A stretch of 44,516 nt of DNA, filler included, from Jimgerdemannia flammicorona (taxonomy: Eukaryota), in assembly GCA_003990765.1 (NCBI GenBank). It is 2 parts of 2 records of this genome, joined end to end, with 100 filler letters (N's around TTAATTAATTAA, not from the genome) between each part and the next. Parts side by side here need not be neighbours in the genome. Positions count along the whole stretch, not along the records: positions 1 to 22,213 come from RBNJ01001318.1; positions 22,314 to 44,516 come from RBNJ01001319.1. One strand, written 5' to 3'. Below are positions 11,999 through 22,664 of the stretch, piece by piece. The notes below the pieces were generated by a model, which saw only the letters and a program-made list of their open reading frames with translations, was not told the DNA's origin and did not search any database. A program made the translations under genes and the position numbers. Each line of letters opens with the position of its first letter. Within the stretch, counting starts at the first letter, position 1.

Positions 11999-12805
11999 AT
12001 GATTCCCTCGCGAAATCCCCGCAAACACATATGCAGTCTCGACTTTCTCCAGCAATATTTCCTCCTCTGGGCCCCCACAATTCAGGACGAGCGCGTCGTC
12101 TGCCGCGCCACCTACTTCGCCCTGACTCGCCACTACCGCAACGGCGACCATCACGGTGACCATGGCTGCGCCCAGGCCCGGGCCCATGTTAAGGAAACCT
12201 TGCAGGGTTTCTCATAGACGAGCGCCACCACCGCCGCGTGTACTGCCTCACGGGCTTCGAGGCCGTTTGCGACGATGAGATAGCGTGCATTCTCGGCGAC
12301 GCGATTGGTGAGTGCGAGATCCGGTTCAAGGATGTGTCACGTTCCGAGATGAGAGAGGAACTAGAGAAGTGGTGCGATGAGGATGGGAAGCATGGTAGGC
12401 GCGGAGGTGAGCGCCGGGACGATGAGCGTCACGATGGACGATGATGACGACGGAGAGCGCGACGACAACCGCCGCGATCGTGATGGCAAGTTCCCCCGCG
12501 GCAGGCCGCTGAGGAAGCACCTTACGAACACTCATATTGAAACCCTGCTCGATTTCTTTGAGTATGTCAAATTGGGCGACGCAGATTTTACTCCTGGTAG
12601 GCCCGTTTATGTGTCGTTACGTATATCCAGATACAATTCCACTAAATTCCTCCCTTAATGTGCAGGTGACCTACAGGACATCATAGACAAGAAGCCCGAA
12701 CCGCTTGAGGGATTCTTTAGGGAGCATCGTGACGAGTTCAGGGGCGGTGGTGATAGACTGTATGCTATAGTTACTAAAATATATGCACAGGTACTCAATG
12801 TATGA
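11999..12805 (+). pseudogene. Hypothetical protein gene, frameshifted, with intron 12597-12665
   Basis: GC-rich coding-like fragments lie in successive frames. The GTAGGC..TGCAG intron joins ...DADFTP|GDLQDIIDKKPEPLEGFFREHRDEFRGGGDRLYAIVTKIYAQVLNV* in frame. TATAAAA lies at ~11624. Confidence 0.45.
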
Positions 12806-13801
12806 TGACCTGCATGGCATTGGCGTTGGTGTCGCACCTGCGCTGCGGTTGCTCTATTGCTTGTCATGGGAGACACGGGGGTCTGGTTGTCTAGGAGCGT
12901 TACGCTGACGCTTGGCGGCGCGAGGCCAGAGCTCGGGAGGCGGCATCCTATCATAGTTGTTGGTAGACCTAACCATTTTGTCGACGTTGGGATTTTAGTG
13001 GATGGGGACGCGAACACGGGAGGAGCGCCGGCAGCTGCTTGGATTATCGACAATGGACCTAGTTTTATGCTTGGCCATGCGATCAACCTTGGGTCGGCCT
13101 CGCTTGCGGGTGGTTGGTGTAGAAGTGACACCGGTGTGTTGACTGATACTCTGCGCTGCCATATTCTCGGTCTTGCCGGGAAAGGTGCCCTTATCCTTGT
13201 CGTGGGACTTACCCTTTCCATTTCGCCTTGCCTCGTTCTCGCCGTCCCTGACATTACAAATTTGGCCCCTCTGTGTATTTTCTCTGCCTCCGGCCCGGCC
13301 AGGTCAATATCGTCGCTTTTCTTCTTCGCCAGTACTGACGGTCCCGTCGTGACCGCAATCTCCGAATACGCTTCCTGGTCCTCCGACTTCTTCGCTCTCG
13401 CCGCGGCCACAGTTCTGTTGCCTCCGCACCTTCCGCACAATGGGTGCATTCCAATCCACATGTAATGCAAGTCCTCTCTTGCGTGGAATTTGTTTTTGAT
13501 GGGGCATTTGCTCTCTCTTTTATTTCCATTCTCCTGCGTCTGTTCTTGGCTTCCCCGTACTGCCTTGCGAACTCAACGTCGACGCATCCCGATAGGCGGA
13601 CAAGGATGGATACGCGCTAGAAAGGTTTGTTGACTCCGCCGCCAAAGATGTCCCAGAATGAGGCAAGCCACTCAAGTTGCGTGTCACCGATGTTTGGAAG
13701 GCACTCGTGGCACCGACGGGACGGTGTTGAGGCATTGGGCTCCAAATGGGGGGATTGGAGGTAGAAGGTGGATTTTTGGAATCTTGTGGATTTGTGTTCA
13801 T
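12655..13801 (-). pseudogene. Hypothetical Ser/Pro/Thr-rich protein with a CxxC-x3-CxxC motif, apparently frameshifted
   Basis: Consecutive overlapping minus ORFs (13520-13906, 13254-13529 containing CITCGLECTHC, and 12655-13470) suggest one broken CDS starting at MNTNPQD (13801). Confidence 0.35.
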
Positions 13802-14903
13802 AGTGTTCAGGTGAGAGAAAGGGAAGTTGCTTAAGTATCCGTGTATGTTACAGTTAGGTATGATGTCACAGAGCGACTGGCACTGACTGACGGTTGTCAT
13901 CTTCATCTACCATATCTCGGATATTGAAAAGTGATAAATATTCAGTTATGCAAATGTCAGTGGAACAGAGGAAATGCTGGACATTGCAAACCATTTTAAA
14001 TGCCTAAATGTTCCAAGTTCTTTTTTACTGCAGTGGTTCCAGAATACCGAGGCGCTTGGTTCCATACGCGACATAAACGTGAGCCATTAATGTCGCGGGA
14101 GGGACACTCATCGCAGACTTTGGCCAGACCGACGACTTCGAAAACATATCTGGGAACGCGTTCCATACGCAAAATCTTACCCGCCTTTCCAAGGTAGTGG
14201 TAAAGAGCACTGGATTTATTTCAACTAATTTTCTCAACATGTACAGACATTTCGGAATCAAGTTCTTTTAATGATTTGTGGAATTGCAAACATATGTGAG
14301 ACGAGACTGGGATGTCCTAAGACGTCCCGATGTGATTATTGCCGTGATGTACCGTTAATTCTCTCTTTTTGAAATCCGATATATATGTACTGCAATCGTA
14401 ATTTACATAGATTAAAAAAAAACCCCCCCTTGTGAGCAAATATGACAACTATTTAATATATTCTCATAATCTTTCTACGTTTTGGATGACGGTAGTATAA
14501 TGGTGGCAGGGTAATAGATATCATCTGCAGACGTTTGTGGTTTGTTGGCAAAGAAGTGGCCCGTTTGGAAGACGGGTTGCGAATTAGAGTTATTTGTGGG
14601 TCGGTTTTTACGACAGCACTTATATCACACCCCAGTGATAATTCTTGCCATTTCGGCTGCACAAAGATCTAAAATCGAACACAAAAGGGCCAAATTCAAG
14701 TGAGTTATAAGAGCAAGCTTTTTCATCAAATAAAACAACCTATTAGTATTTATTATCGGAAATATTAAACAACAAAATAATATTATAATAATTTGAGCAC
14801 ACCCTCATTATTTATTTTATAATAACTAAAGCATTACTAAACTAAAGAACAATATATATCATCAGTGCAAAACCAAATACTACATTTCAAACTCGTCACC
14901 TCA

Positions 14904-16364
14904 CTATCTCTTGGCCATAAACCTCTTCAATCTCTTCACTTGTTGTTGCAAATCTCTCGCTCTTGTCCTAACTTCCGCATCCATCTCCGCTCCTCCGTAA
15001 ACCACCTCTGCTTGAAATAATGTTGCGAAAACATCGGCCTCGCTCATCCGTTCTAAGCTATGCGATACCATCGACTCCATCCTTCGTAATTTTCCAGTCC
15101 CCAGCATCATTCGCATAAGATCTTGTGCAGGGAAGTCTGGATATATCTCCCATACCACCTGTTGTATACGTTGAACTCGGCGCGGAAATATATTCGTAAT
15201 TTTCGACATATCTGTAAGCGCCGAGATATTCGAGAGCGGATCCTTAAAATGAAGGACAAATTTCTCCAGAAAACAATTAAACGGCATTCCGACACGGTCA
15301 ATGAAAAATGCCCCAACGCAAGCCGAAAATCTTCGATGCGGTGGGTTGAAAATATGGCTAGGAAGCACCCGATGCACAGGTGTTGTTGGCTGGTAAGGAT
15401 TGTCTAAGTTCTCGTGAGCCTCGATAACGCCTAATAATTCTTGATTTTGTAAATTGTCACGATGGTCGTCGATGTCATGTTGTACGGCTTCTTCTAGTTT
15501 CAAAAGATTGATTGACTGATCGGTGCACGCCGTTAGATAACCCTCGACAACATAATCTATACCGCATAATTTTACGTAACTCCCCCGAAGTCTTTTGAGA
15601 AGATCATTCGACGCCTCACCACACTTACGTCGGACAGTTTTGATATGTGGTATGAAATCCTTGTGACCGCAAATTAGAGGTGACAATATATCTAACGCTT
15701 CCTGATACACTGGAGAGCATGGTGTTGCTGGATCAGGCTTCAACCACAGAAAACGGTCAATCGGATCCAATCCGGCGAAGTCGAGATTAACACCCAGCCA
15801 GGATTTAAAAAACGGTGAGAAAATGTTCAGTGGGGGAATGCAACCCTTGCTAGGCCAAGAGAAGTGCTGTAGAAAAACAGCGTCGACGATGGAAGTTGGA
15901 AGTGCTGAATAGCACCATATCAGTTCCTCCAAAGTCAGTAATGACAGGATGTATATGACGACCTCGGAAGGGAGAGGGAGGATGCTAGAGGCCTCGGAAG
16001 AGCGAGGGATTGAGGGCTTAGACGAGCGGGAGATTGGGGCCTCGAAAGAGTGAGAGATTGAAGCCTCAGAAGAGTGAGAGATTGGAGCCTCGGAAGAGCG
16101 AGAGATTGGGGCCTCGGAAGAGAGAGGGGCCTCGGAAGAAAGAGGGGCCTCGGAAGAGAGAGGGGCCTCGGAAGAGAGAGGGGCCTCGGAAGAGAGAGGG
16201 GCCTCGGAAGAGAGAGGGGCCTCGGAAGAGAGAGGGGCCTCGGAAGAGAGAAGGGCCTCGGAAGAGTGAGGGGAAATGCAGAGAGCCTCGGAAGAGGGAG
16301 AGAGAATGCGAGAGAGTTCATAGATCGTTCTGATGCAGCGGCGTTTGGTGGAATGGGACTCCAT
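14904..16364 (-). CDS. F-box-like protein (486 aa) with an N-terminal SSEAPL repeat
   Basis: Intact single-exon ORF. F-box-like LPLPSEVVIYILSLLTLEEL motif. A diverged paralog at 9430-10250 supports real coding. A (TA)n TATA-like tract lies ~40 bp upstream. Confidence 0.8.
   Translation of the reverse strand: MESHSTKRRCIRTIYELSRILSPSSEALCISPHSSEALLSSEAPLSSEAPLSSEAPLSSEAPLSSEAPLSSEAPLSSEAPLSSEAPISRSSEAPISHSSEASISHSFEAPISRSSKPSIPRSSEASSILPLPSEVVIYILSLLTLEELIWCYSALPTSIVDAVFLQHFSWPSKGCIPPLNIFSPFFKSWLGVNLDFAGLDPIDRFLWLKPDPATPCSPVYQEALDILSPLICGHKDFIPHIKTVRRKCGEASNDLLKRLRGSYVKLCGIDYVVEGYLTACTDQSINLLKLEEAVQHDIDDHRDNLQNQELLGVIEAHENLDNPYQPTTPVHRVLPSHIFNPPHRRFSACVGAFFIDRVGMPFNCFLEKFVLHFKDPLSNISALTDMSKITNIFPRRVQRIQQVVWEIYPDFPAQDLMRMMLGTGKLRRMESMVSHSLERMSEADVFATLFQAEVVYGGAEMDAEVRTRARDLQQQVKRLKRFMAKR
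15985..16300. repeat. Coding minisatellite: 18-bp (GAGAGAGGGGCCTCGGAA) and 24-bp units
   Basis: About 9 near-perfect 18-bp units at ~16110-16265, preceded by 24-bp variants. They encode SSEAPL / SSEAPISR. Confidence 0.95.
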
Positions 16365-16501
16365 CTTCGGATGAAGAGATTGAAGACTGTGTTGGGCTTT
16401 TTAAATATATATATATATATATAAAGCAGTCACCAGCCCTTAGTATGAATTTTGATCAATGGGTGGTCGGGTTAGGATTGGGCAGCGGGTGTAGAGGTCT
16501 T

Positions 16502-16628
16502 ACCATGCACATTTGTACGCCGGTTTACGCCGGTTTTAGCTTGACCATGCACATTTTTACGCCGGTTTTAGGCGCCGCCGCTTGACTATGCACATTTGTA
16601 CGCCAGTTTTAGATGCCGCCTCATGACT
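16502..16628. repeat. Three ~41-bp tandem units (ACCATGCACATTTGTACGCCGGTTTTAG...) upstream of the F-box gene
   Basis: Units start at ~16502, ~16544 and ~16585. Confidence 0.85.
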
Positions 16629-16899
16629 TAGCATAGGGCTAGATAACATAGCGTAGAGTTATCTAGACATTTCCCTTTGCCACTTATTCTGGCTGCTTGA
16701 ACCTCCACCCTTCGCATTCGCTTTATTCACCTCCATTTTACCACTCGCCGAATCGCTTCCCTCCCATCTACACCTGTTCTATTTCTGTCATTGTATATCT
16801 ATGTGTAGGTTGGACGAAATTTTAGTGCCCTTTCCTTTTATGGACTTCCCAAATTAGATATATATATATATATATATATACATTTGTCATGCACAATTT

Positions 16900-18035
16900 G
16901 TTCAATAGTGGGTTAGTTGCATAGAGATATTGATTATTGACTTCTTTCTCTGCTACTATATCAGTTATAAAGTTTTGATAGATAATCTTCTAAGTTTCTT
17001 TTTTATAACTTATTTCTCCTCTATCTCAGATTGGTTTGTTATACCTGTTATAAGGTAGTAAAAAGGAGGCAATAGTGATAAGTTACTCCTTTATTTGATA
17101 TTAGATTAATGCTTTCTTTATTTTTTTTTATAATTTCTGATATCTCTGTCTATATCTGAGATATATCTGTTTTGATATAGTACTTTTTTTCTTTTGTTAT
17201 TATTAATAAGATATCATTATAGTATATTATAGACTATATAGAGTATTGACTGACCTTGGATATTAAGTACTAGTGTAGGTTATCTGCAGGTTATCAATAT
17301 CTATGATAGAGCTCTCTAAGCTTTAGTAAGTTTTTCAGTAAGTATAGTTCTGATATAGATAATTATTTTATAAATAGGATTGAATTAAGAGAGAAGATAA
17401 TCATCATAGATAAAAGAAAGAATGATAATAGTAAACTAGTTGAGTACTAGGCTGGGGATAGTTATTAGAGTTAGAGTAAGTATTATCTTGATAGAGTATT
17501 TTGATTGATTAGTAGATGTGAGACCTTCTTTATTTAATAATATCTAACTAAAACTAGAAACTGATATAGTAATGTAATTGAGATCTATAGGCTCAGAGAG
17601 TGAGATTAGAGTCTTTTTAGATCTTAGTCTATATATTAGTTCTTTTGAGAAGATCTCATATATAAGTTCTTAACTCATCTACTATAAATTCCTTATTGAT
17701 TGATTAGAGGGTTTTTTCTTTACCTTTGGATTTTATTTAGAGTCAAAAGGGTTATATTATTCAGTTTTAAAATCATTAGATCTAATATATAATATATCCT
17801 TATAGTATTGATCTGATGATTTAGCTCTAATAAATAGATAAGTTTGATTTATATATTATAAAAATAGAGATATACAATACTATTCTTATATAGCTAGAAT
17901 AGTAGAACTATTGATTCTCTTTATAGCTTAAGAATAATAGAGGAGTAATACTTAAGAGAAGGTGAAAGAGAATTTTGATCTATATATATAGTCTAAGTTC
18001 TCTTCTAATAAAAATTTATAAAAACCTAATTCTGT

Positions 18036-18081
<46 letters not shown>

Positions 18082-18958
18082 GTAGCTGTCTTATATTATA
18101 TACTATTTAAATATAGTAATATTTTTTAAAAAGTATATATCTTATAATTTCCAAAGCTTTATAAAGTTCTTTAGCTTTATCAAATAATTCTATTTAAAAA
18201 AGATAAGCTTTTACTATTGTAATATGTTAACTTAATAAAGACATATTATAAGATTAGGACTGGTATATAGATTGGCTTGAGTCTTTAGTTACTTTGTTAA
18301 AAAGTAATAAAATATTCAGTAGTTTCTTTTTTCAAAAATAAGTATAAGTTTTATTTGTTTAATATAGATAAATTTAATAGATAATTTTGATAGCATTTCT
18401 TAATTAGATAGAATTGGTATAATATAATAGATTTGTTAACTTCTTGAATAGTAGTAGACTTTACAAATATTACAGACTTCTCTTAAGTATTGCAACCTTT
18501 TCTTAGTAGTAAGTTATGTTAATTAACTATTTCATTTATATAAATGAGTTTACTATGAAGATATATCTGATTGACTAACTTTAGGCGAGAGATAGCAGTA
18601 TACTTCAAGTTTAAAATAGTAAAGTTCTCATATTCTTCTGGCTTTGTCTGACAAGTATACTAAATCAGATCTTTTCTTCTTTATATCATAAAATAGATCA
18701 GAGTATAAATTAGAATAAAGCTTATAATTTCTTAACAGTGACTTATTGGTAGATATTCTTCTTTTAAGTATATCAGACAATTGACTTTTACTTTAAATTT
18801 AGGTTTTTAAACTGAGATTTATTTACTCTTATTTCTGGAATATTTTATATAGTTATAGTTACTATCTGATTACTTTATAGCTAATTATAACTATATAATA
18901 AGACTAGTTTAAGAAGGATATATATAGATAAGAATATATATACTAATAATATACTTAT
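16900..18958. mobile_element. Unclassified, heavily mutated AT-rich transposon relic (host site of Gypsy A)
   Basis: Abrupt switch to very low GC, near absence of CpG and TpA excess, matching the signature of the identified TE relics. No domain recognised. Confidence 0.4.
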
Positions 18959-19476
18959 TGTAATATAGCGGACACTTACTCTTGAAAGTACATCAGATTT
19001 CTGTATCTTGAAAACTTGACCATTCTGACTCTCGAAGAGTCTCTTGAAGTTGTAGGGGAGAGTGGGTGAGTTTGAAGTGTATCTGTCCACAGGCTTACTA
19101 GTTCCTTTACTATCTCTTTGCTTTGAACTATTTTGATCTAAGATTTATTCACTTGAAGATACTGGGTTATTTATACAAGTTTGCTAGCTATGAGAGGGTG
19201 GCTAAGTAATAAATGAGTCATTTGGACTTTGTCGAAACATTTGGACAATGTCTAAATACTATACTAAATCGGGGTATTCGATTTGGATAATGGTTAAATG
19301 CTATACTAAATCAGGGTATTCAATTTGGATAATGTCTAAAATTTAGACAATATCTAAGGATTTAGACAATGTCGAAATCAAGGACTGCTAACTATAAGAC
19401 TATACTACTTTGGGACTGGGTGCGATCAAGTGTCTATTCCCTATTTCCTTCTTCCAAATTTGGCTGTACTATCACA
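18959..19476 (-). repeat. 3' LTR of element A (~518 bp)
   Basis: Termini TGTAATA (18959) ... TATCACA (19476) are imperfect inverted repeats. The PPT AGGAGGAAGT (minus strand, 19477-19486) abuts it. Internal 42-bp and ~20-bp tandem repeats at 19222-19378. Minus-strand TATAAATA at ~19168-19175. Confidence 0.8.
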
Positions 19477-19974
19477 ACTTCCTCCTGAATAGATGGTCTC
19501 GTCCCTGAGGCATCTATTCAAACTTCCAGGCTTCAATGGTCTATATGTCTTGTACTGTGCAATTTGCTATATGACTGTTTTCCAATGATGTCTCTTCACT
19601 TTCTTGAAGTCGGTGGGAGTTACTCCTCTCAGGTGGTCTATTACTGCTTCATCTTCTTGGAATAACTTGTGGATCCTTTTGGCAATAGTGATCTGTGAGT
19701 GGGAGAGTTGACACTCAGCAATCCAGTCCTCCTTGGTCTTTGCTGGATCCTGATTGAGCACCTGTCCAAGCTTGAAGTACTCTTGGAATTCTGCCCAATA
19801 TTGATAGGCTCTAAAGTGTGAGATCCGAGAGAGATGAGTCTGCACAATACTCTGAATATCCTCATAGTATGGCTCTATGGTCGGAGGCTCGGTGGTGTGC
19901 CATTGTCTTTCGATGGCTCTTTAGGCAGCACTAGTGATCTTGAGTGCCATCACAGTACTTTTGTTATTGGCCAT
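19441..19974 (-). pseudogene. Accessory ORF3 of element A (~177 codons, unknown function)
   Basis: The ATG at 19974 overlaps the end of IN (...AAA TAT CAT GGC CAA TAA). One frame runs to TAG at 19441-19443 with only two internal stops (TAA, TAG), both explicable as C>T. Homologous to the LTR ORF of element B. Confidence 0.75.
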
Positions 19975-22213
19975 GATATTTCTTGAGTCGGTTTTGATAA
20001 ATAGTGGTGGGGATTATTGTGCCTGAGGGTTTTTGTAGCCAAAAGGTGGTCCCTTTTATATCTTGCACAAGGTAAGGTCCTTCCTACTTGGGCTCCAGTT
20101 TTCGTGACCATGAAGCTTCTACTATATTCCGATACACTAGAACTTTGTCTCCTATCTTGATAATCTTCAAGGGCTTGTGGATCTTTTCCACATTCCTCCG
20201 TTATAGTGTCTGCATCTTGGTTATGTAATCCTCAGCCTTCTTCCTGATTTGGTATAGTCTCCGTATTTCCATATCTACATGTTTCCATACAGCATCTCCA
20301 TTGGATGATAGGGTTCCTTGAGAACATTCTTCTCTGAACAGCATTTCTCGAGAGGTAAAGTGGGTGCTTTGTGATCGGATATCCCAGAGAGCAGATAATG
20401 CTATTGGCAGATAGTGATCCCAGTTCTCGTAGTTATCACAGATCTTGGCGATAACATTCTTGAGGGTCTTGTTGGTCCTTTCTACTTGTCCATTTCCTTG
20501 GGGGTGATAGGCTGTGGTCCGAATGTACTGGATCTTATACTTCTTGTAGAGAACCTCAAAGAGCTGGTTCACGAATTCTGTTCCTCTGTCTGTAGTTACT
20601 TGTGTTGGGGTCTTGAACTAGCAGATGATTTCTTTGTGGAAGAAATCGGCAATTGACTATGCATTGGCTTCCTTGAGAGGTCCTGCTTCTATCCACTTCG
20701 TAAAAAGGTCTACAATAACAATGATGTATTGGTTACCAGTCAGGGTCAAGAGTAGAGGGCCGATTACATCCATTGCTATATGGGCAAATGGTACTGGTTC
20801 TATGTATACTGATCCTGGGGCTTGATTCCATTGATCTTATTTCTGTTTCTGGCATTTGTCACATGTCTTGATAAATTGTCTGATATCTTCCTCCATACCT
20901 GGCCACCATATTGTTCTTCTTGCCTTGTCATATGTATTTGTTCCTCCTAGATGGCCAAGTTCATGTACTGATTTTATCGCTTGCTCCTTCTTGTGTTCTG
21001 GTATGACTAGTAGTTTTTCTTTCTTTAGTGTTTCTCTGTCGGTTTCGAATTGTTTCCATGTCCTGTTGATAATCATTTGTGTCCATTCTTCCAGATGTTA
21101 GGGCATCTTTCACTGTCCCAGGTATGTGATAATCCTGTAGTAGAGCTCCTTATTCATGATTGATTTATTGGTTAGAGGTAGTTCAAGGTGTCCGTGAGAG
21201 AGCATCTGTATTGGAATTTGTTCTTCCAGGGCAGTGTATGATGGTTACATCATAGGCTTGTAACTTCATTATCCATCTGGCATAGATTCCCTTGGGTTGT
21301 CCAGTTGTCAGTAGCCAGATAAGAGCTGAGTGGTCTGTCTGGATAGTAAAGTGTCTTCCGGCCAGATAGTAGTGGAACTTTTCCACAGCCCAGATGACTG
21401 CAAGGCATTCCAACTTGTAGGACTCATATTCTTTTTCAGCCCCTCAGGTTCCACGGCTAAGATATGCAATGATATACTCTTTTTTGTCTTCTTTTTGAGC
21501 TAGGACTACTCCTAGTCCCTGTGGACTTGCATCCATCTGAAGGATAAATTCTTGGGTCTAATTGAGTCATCTGAGGATAGGTGCCTGAGTTTGTCTGACC
21601 TTGAGTTTGTCAAATGCTTTTTGTTGTCTGCCAGTCTACTGGAACTTGGTATCCTTCTTGTTGAGTTCGTAGATTGGACCTGCGATGTTGGAGAATCCTC
21701 TAATGAATCTGCAATAGTAGGAGGCAAGTCCCATGAAGGCTTGGGCTTCTGTGATGGTAGTGGGCCTTGGGTATACTGCTACCGCTCGTATTTTGAGGGG
21801 ATCCATGTGTGTTCCATCTCATTTGATGATATGGCCAAGATAGGAGATCTTGATTTCCACAAACTTGTACTTCTTGGGTTTGATATAAAGGCCATGTTGT
21901 CGTAGTCTCTCTATTATCTGCTGTATATGCTGCAGATGTTCCTCGGCTGTCTTGCTGTAGATAATTATATCATCGACATAGACTATCATCCATCTTCCCA
22001 TGTCATAGTGGAAGATTTTGTTCATCATTCGCTGAAAGCTTGCTGGTGCATTGTACATTCCGAATGGCATTCATAGGTAGATGTAGGTTCCGTCTGGGGT
22101 GATGAAGGCTGACTTTTCACTTGCCACTTCTGTGAGTCTGATTTGGTGGAATCCTGAGTATAAGTCCAAGGTGCTGTAGTACTGTGCTTCATCTTCTAGT
22201 GTTATAAGGATGT

Positions 22214-22313
22214 NNNNNNNNNNNNNNNNNNNNNNNNNNNNNNNNNNNNNNNNNNNNTTAATTAATTAANNNNNNNNNNNNNNNNNNNNNNNNNNNNNNN
22301 NNNNNNNNNNNNN
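22214..22313. other. Artificial contig-joining linker
   Basis: 44 N + TTAATTAATTAA (stops in all six frames) + 44 N, exactly 100 bp. Confidence 0.95.
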
Positions 22314-22422
22314 TTTTTTTTCTACCTCTGAAATTCTGGTGATTATCGGCTCCAAATCGTATAAAATGCAATATTTGTCGTACCTGTCCGGTGTGTTTTA
22401 GGTAGTTTATCCTCCCCAACTT

Positions 22423-22461
<39 letters not shown>

Positions 22462-22664
22462 TGTAGCGCGAGTGCGACATTGTGTACAACAATATAATGA
22501 CATTTAATTTGTGTTGCAATACATGCATAAATCTCGCCGCACCTCCCAAATGAGTATTTTTTCTAACCAACTTCATGGCTCAATCAGCCAACAGAAATTC
22601 ACATTGCACACTGCTCCGCAAACCGAAAAATTAAGGTAAAAGTAAAGCGGAATCTTTCGATTTC

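Larger units (their letters stand above)
18959..22213 (-). mobile_element. Ty3/Gypsy LTR retrotransposon A, 3' half (RT-RNase H-IN-ORF3-PPT-3' LTR), truncated by the contig end
   Basis: RT MPFGMYNAPASFQR...IVYVDDIIIYS (21819-22070). RNase H ECLAVIWAVEKFHYYL...TDHSAL...DALSR (21183-21413). IN HHCC (HELGH...CDKC), core TTAYHPQGNGQVER, and GPY motif. Domain order RT-RH-IN. Confidence 0.95.

Noticed and set aside
15935..16424. Alternative-frame ORFs (PRPLSL, REGPRK, GRERGL repeats)
   Set aside because: Shadow frames of the stop-free 18-bp minisatellite in the F-box gene.
22258..22503. ORF with poly-K running into Ns
   Set aside because: Artifact of a poly-T tract and the linker.
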